The position numbers were made by a program, and so were the translations under genes. The notes beneath the pieces were generated by a model. That model saw only the letters and a list, made by a program, of their open reading frames with translations. It did not search any database and was not told the DNA's origin. A DNA stretch of 52,293 nt from an uncultured Acidobacteriota bacterium (GTDB taxonomy: Bacteria; Acidobacteriota; Blastocatellia; RBC074), in contig CAIOZW010000103.1 in the NCBI GenBank assembly GCA_903862855.1, forward strand, positions 1-52,293, written 5' to 3'. Of the stretch, positions 50,023 through 52,293 are shown piece after piece; the stretch's first letter is position 1; every line of letters starts with the position of its first letter.

Positions 50023-50050
50023 AGGTGGCAACCCATAATGGTTGCCACCT
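50023..50050. terminator. bidirectional hairpin between convergent glgP and OPT genes
   Basis: AGGTGGCAACC / GGTTGCCACCT, an 11-bp stem with a 6-nt loop. Confidence 0.6.
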
Positions 50051-50067
50051 TGATTAGTTAACAGTTA

Positions 50068-52293
50068 TCAAGCCTGCTTTCGCCGTGCGACAGTAAAGAG
50101 GAAGACCGCGAGCAGGCCAAAGATGAGCAGGGCGATCGAGTTTGCCCACGGGCCGGTGGCGATCGCCGAATGGCCACCTATACCCATCTTCTCTTCGCCC
50201 CCAAGCAGCACCCGTCCGGCGGCAACCAGCAGTCCGCCGATGGCTCCTCCAGCGATCAGACCAGAGCTGAGCAGCACGCCTTTCCCGGTCTCCTCCTCTG
50301 CCAGCGTTTCGGTCGAGGATCCACTATCCGCTCTCTTGCGGAGGCGCTGGATGAGTGCCCGGACGAGACCGCCACTGAAGATGGCCGCCGAGGTTGAGAT
50401 TGGAAGATAGATGCCAACGGCAACCGGCAGTGCCTGGACACCGATGATCTCAAGGGTGATCGAGATCAGTGCGCCAATCAGGATCAGCGACCAGGGGAGT
50501 CGCTGGGTCAGAACGCCATCGACCAGCACACCCATCAGCGCGGCCTTCGGCGCATCGAGTTTACCAGTGAACTCCTCGACCGAGTATCGTGGAGTGCCGG
50601 CAGCATCGGCAAGGAGCGTGTATTCTCGCCCATCCTCATTGACAACCAGACGCTGGTACATCTGGTCATCGAGTCCGCGTGCCGGCCCCGCATTGGAGAC
50701 TCCCGGTCCCTCGGTAAATGTCCGACCAACCAGTTCCGCTGGAAGACGCTCCGTCAGTCCCTGTCTGATACCTCCTACGCCGGGATTGACCAGATAGTGA
50801 ATCTGACTATCGTCTCCGACCAGATATTTGCCAGCCGGAATGACCGTCTGGCCGTTATTGATTCTGATCTCGACCGGGAACTGTGCAAAGCGATAGGTTT
50901 TGCCGTCCGGAGCCGCCGGAGTGTCGGTGTAGGTTCCCCGCAATGAAGAAGCATCGACCGTGTAACCGGGATAGTATACCGGGAGGATATTGATTGCGGC
51001 TCGATTCAGAAAGTCGAGTGTCCAGCCGATGACAAGCGCCGAGGTGAGGGCACCGATCAACAGACCGGTCTGCTGCCATTTCGGCGTCGCTCCAACCAGA
51101 AATCCTGTCTTCAGATCCTGTGAAGTATTGCCGGCGTTGGCGGCCGCCACGCAGACGATCGCTCCGACCGTCAGGGCAATGACTCTCTCTCCAGCCCCCA
51201 TTCGCCCCAGCACCAGAAAGATCAGCGAAGTAAAGAGAAGCGTCGCAATGGTCATGCCAGAGATTGGATTGGAGGTCGATCCGATCTGCCCACAGATGCG
51301 CGATGAGACCGTCACAAAGAAGAACCCGAAGACGAGTATGAGGATGGATGAGATCCAGTCTACCTCGAGCTGCGGAATGAGGGTGATCGCCACCAGCAGC
51401 AATGCTACTCCCACCACCGCGATTGGAATGGGAATATCCCGCTCGGTTCTTTCAATGCCTCTTCTCCCGCCTCCACTGAAGTCTCGAACCCCGGCCTTGA
51501 AAGCCTGGATGATTGTGGGCAAAGAGCGCAAGAGGCTGATTATGCCCCCCGCCGCGACGGCCCCGGCTGCAATGTATCTCACGTACCGGTCAAAGACGAG
51601 GCTGGCACTCATATTCCTGATCAGCTCACCTGGCTGCGCCGGGAAGATATTGGTAGTCAGGCCCGCCCCAAAGAATTTGATGAGCGGGATAAGAACCAGT
51701 GCCGCAATTATACCTCCTCCAAGCATGTACGAGGCGACACGCGGACCGATGATGTATCCTACACCCATCAGCTCCGGAGAGATCTCCGCCGCTACTCGGG
51801 CCCCCTGGAAATTGGTGAGAATCTTGGCCGGAATCTCTTTCCAGAACTTGAAGCCGGACATGAGAAACTTGAAGACCAGACCGACTCCAAATCCAAGGAA
51901 GACTGTCTTGGCATCACTGCCACCCTTCTCGCCGACCATGAGCACTTCGGCGCAGGCTGTACCCTCAGGGTAGGGAAGGTAGCCGTGTTCCTTGACGATC
52001 AGCGAACGCCGCAGCGGAATCATGAGCAGAACGCCGAGCAGGCCTCCGGCCGCGGCGATCAGCGAGGTGCGGGTGATGTCGAGGTCCAGTCCGAGGATCA
52101 ACAATGCCGGAATGGTAAAGACGATGCCTGCTGCGATCGACTCTGCCGCTGACCCCGTTGTCTGGACGATGTTGTTTTCAAGTATTGTCGCCCGACCGAG
52201 CAGCCTCAACACGGTGATCGAGAGAACCGCGATCGGAATCGATGCGCTGACGGTCAGACCAACCTTCAATCCGAGATAGACCGTTGAAGCACC
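50068..52293 (-). CDS. OPT-superfamily oligopeptide transporter (N-terminus outside window)
   Basis: The frame stays open to the window edge ([25 protein letters not shown]...), and the 'M' in the ORF track is a TTG Leu codon. It has many TM helices, plus a ~150-aa soluble insert. Confidence 0.85.
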   Translation of the reverse strand, partial: GASTVYLGLKVGLTVSASIPIAVLSITVLRLLGRATILENNIVQTTGSAAESIAAGIVFTIPALLILGLDLDITRTSLIAAAGGLLGVLLMIPLRRSLIVKEHGYLPYPEGTACAEVLMVGEKGGSDAKTVFLGFGVGLVFKFLMSGFKFWKEIPAKILTNFQGARVAAEISPELMGVGYIIGPRVASYMLGGGIIAALVLIPLIKFFGAGLTTNIFPAQPGELIRNMSASLVFDRYVRYIAAGAVAAGGIISLLRSLPTIIQAFKAGVRDFSGGGRRGIERTERDIPIPIAVVGVALLLVAITLIPQLEVDWISSILILVFGFFFVTVSSRICGQIGSTSNPISGMTIATLLFTSLIFLVLGRMGAGERVIALTVGAIVCVAAANAGNTSQDLKTGFLVGATPKWQQTGLLIGALTSALVIGWTLDFLNRAAINILPVYYPGYTVDASSLRGTYTDTPAAPDGKTYRFAQFPVEIRINNGQTVIPAGKYLVGDDSQIHYLVNPGVGGIRQGLTERLPAELVGRTFTEGPGVSNAGPARGLDDQMYQRLVVNEDGREYTLLADAAGTPRYSVEEFTGKLDAPKAALMGVLVDGVLTQRLPWSLILIGALISITLEIIGVQALPVAVGIYLPISTSAAIFSGGLVRALIQRLRKRADSGSSTETLAEEETGKGVLLSSGLIAGGAIGGLLVAAGRVLLGGEEKMGIGGHSAIATGPWANSIALLIFGLLAVFLFTVARRKQA

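Noticed and set aside
50990-51973. 327-aa plus-strand ORF inside the OPT gene. Similar long antisense ORFs occur at 11765-12484, 13423-14220, 40256-40822 and 45708-46469.
   Set aside because: These are antisense shadows of well-supported genes. The composition is low-complexity (Pro/Arg/Ser/Ala-rich), there are no motifs, and there are no independent RBS/start signals.

Overview
This is a 52.3-kb, densely coding bacterial chromosomal segment. I call about 36 CDS, mid-50s %GC by eye. It has four conspicuous AT-richer non-coding gaps longer than 500 bp. Gene content suggests an Acidobacteriota-like lineage: CarboxypepD_reg-TonB receptor, giant DUF11 protein, and many secreted S9/S41/S46/metzincin peptidases. 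That lineage assignment is inference only.

Layout:
- 1-7.4 kb (+): gyrA 3' part, TPR lipoprotein, Sm/Hfq-like protein, TonB-dependent receptor, S41 peptidase.
- 7.6-16.1 kb (-): a tightly packed string of ArgH-like lyase, Rieske oxygenase, acyl-CoA carboxyltransferase beta, SWIM-SNF2 helicase and a small membrane protein.
- 16.1-20.7 kb: an 860-bp AT-rich gap followed by a 1273-aa secreted protein (Gly-rich region plus 4x DUF11).
- 20.9-30.1 kb (+): S9 peptidase, then malQ, pullulanase, S46 peptidase and a SAM methyltransferase.
- 30.1-38.5 kb: secreted metzincin with three C-terminal repeats, plus an exopolysaccharide-type locus (GT2 synthase, GT4, CusF-like lipoprotein, O-antigen-ligase/TPR fusion).
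- 38.5-39.2 kb: ORF-free gap with iteron-like repeats, followed by a Zn-ribbon DnaC/DnaI-type ATPase.
- 40.2-52.3 kb: membrane protein/wHTH pair, YjbQ, mannose-1-P guanylyltransferase, SDR/ThDP enzyme/ACAD/LOG, glgP, and a partial OPT transporter.

I recognise no rRNA, tRNA, CRISPR array, transposase, integrase or canonical defence island.

I cannot demonstrate a defined novel system. The best leads are:
- the repeat-laden ORF-free gap plus the orphan helicase-loader-like gene;
- the giant Gly-rich/DUF11 protein behind an AT-rich gap;
- the metzincin/EPS neighbourhood;
- the odd metabolic/SNF2 gene string.

All functional calls rest on motif recognition by eye, not on database searches.
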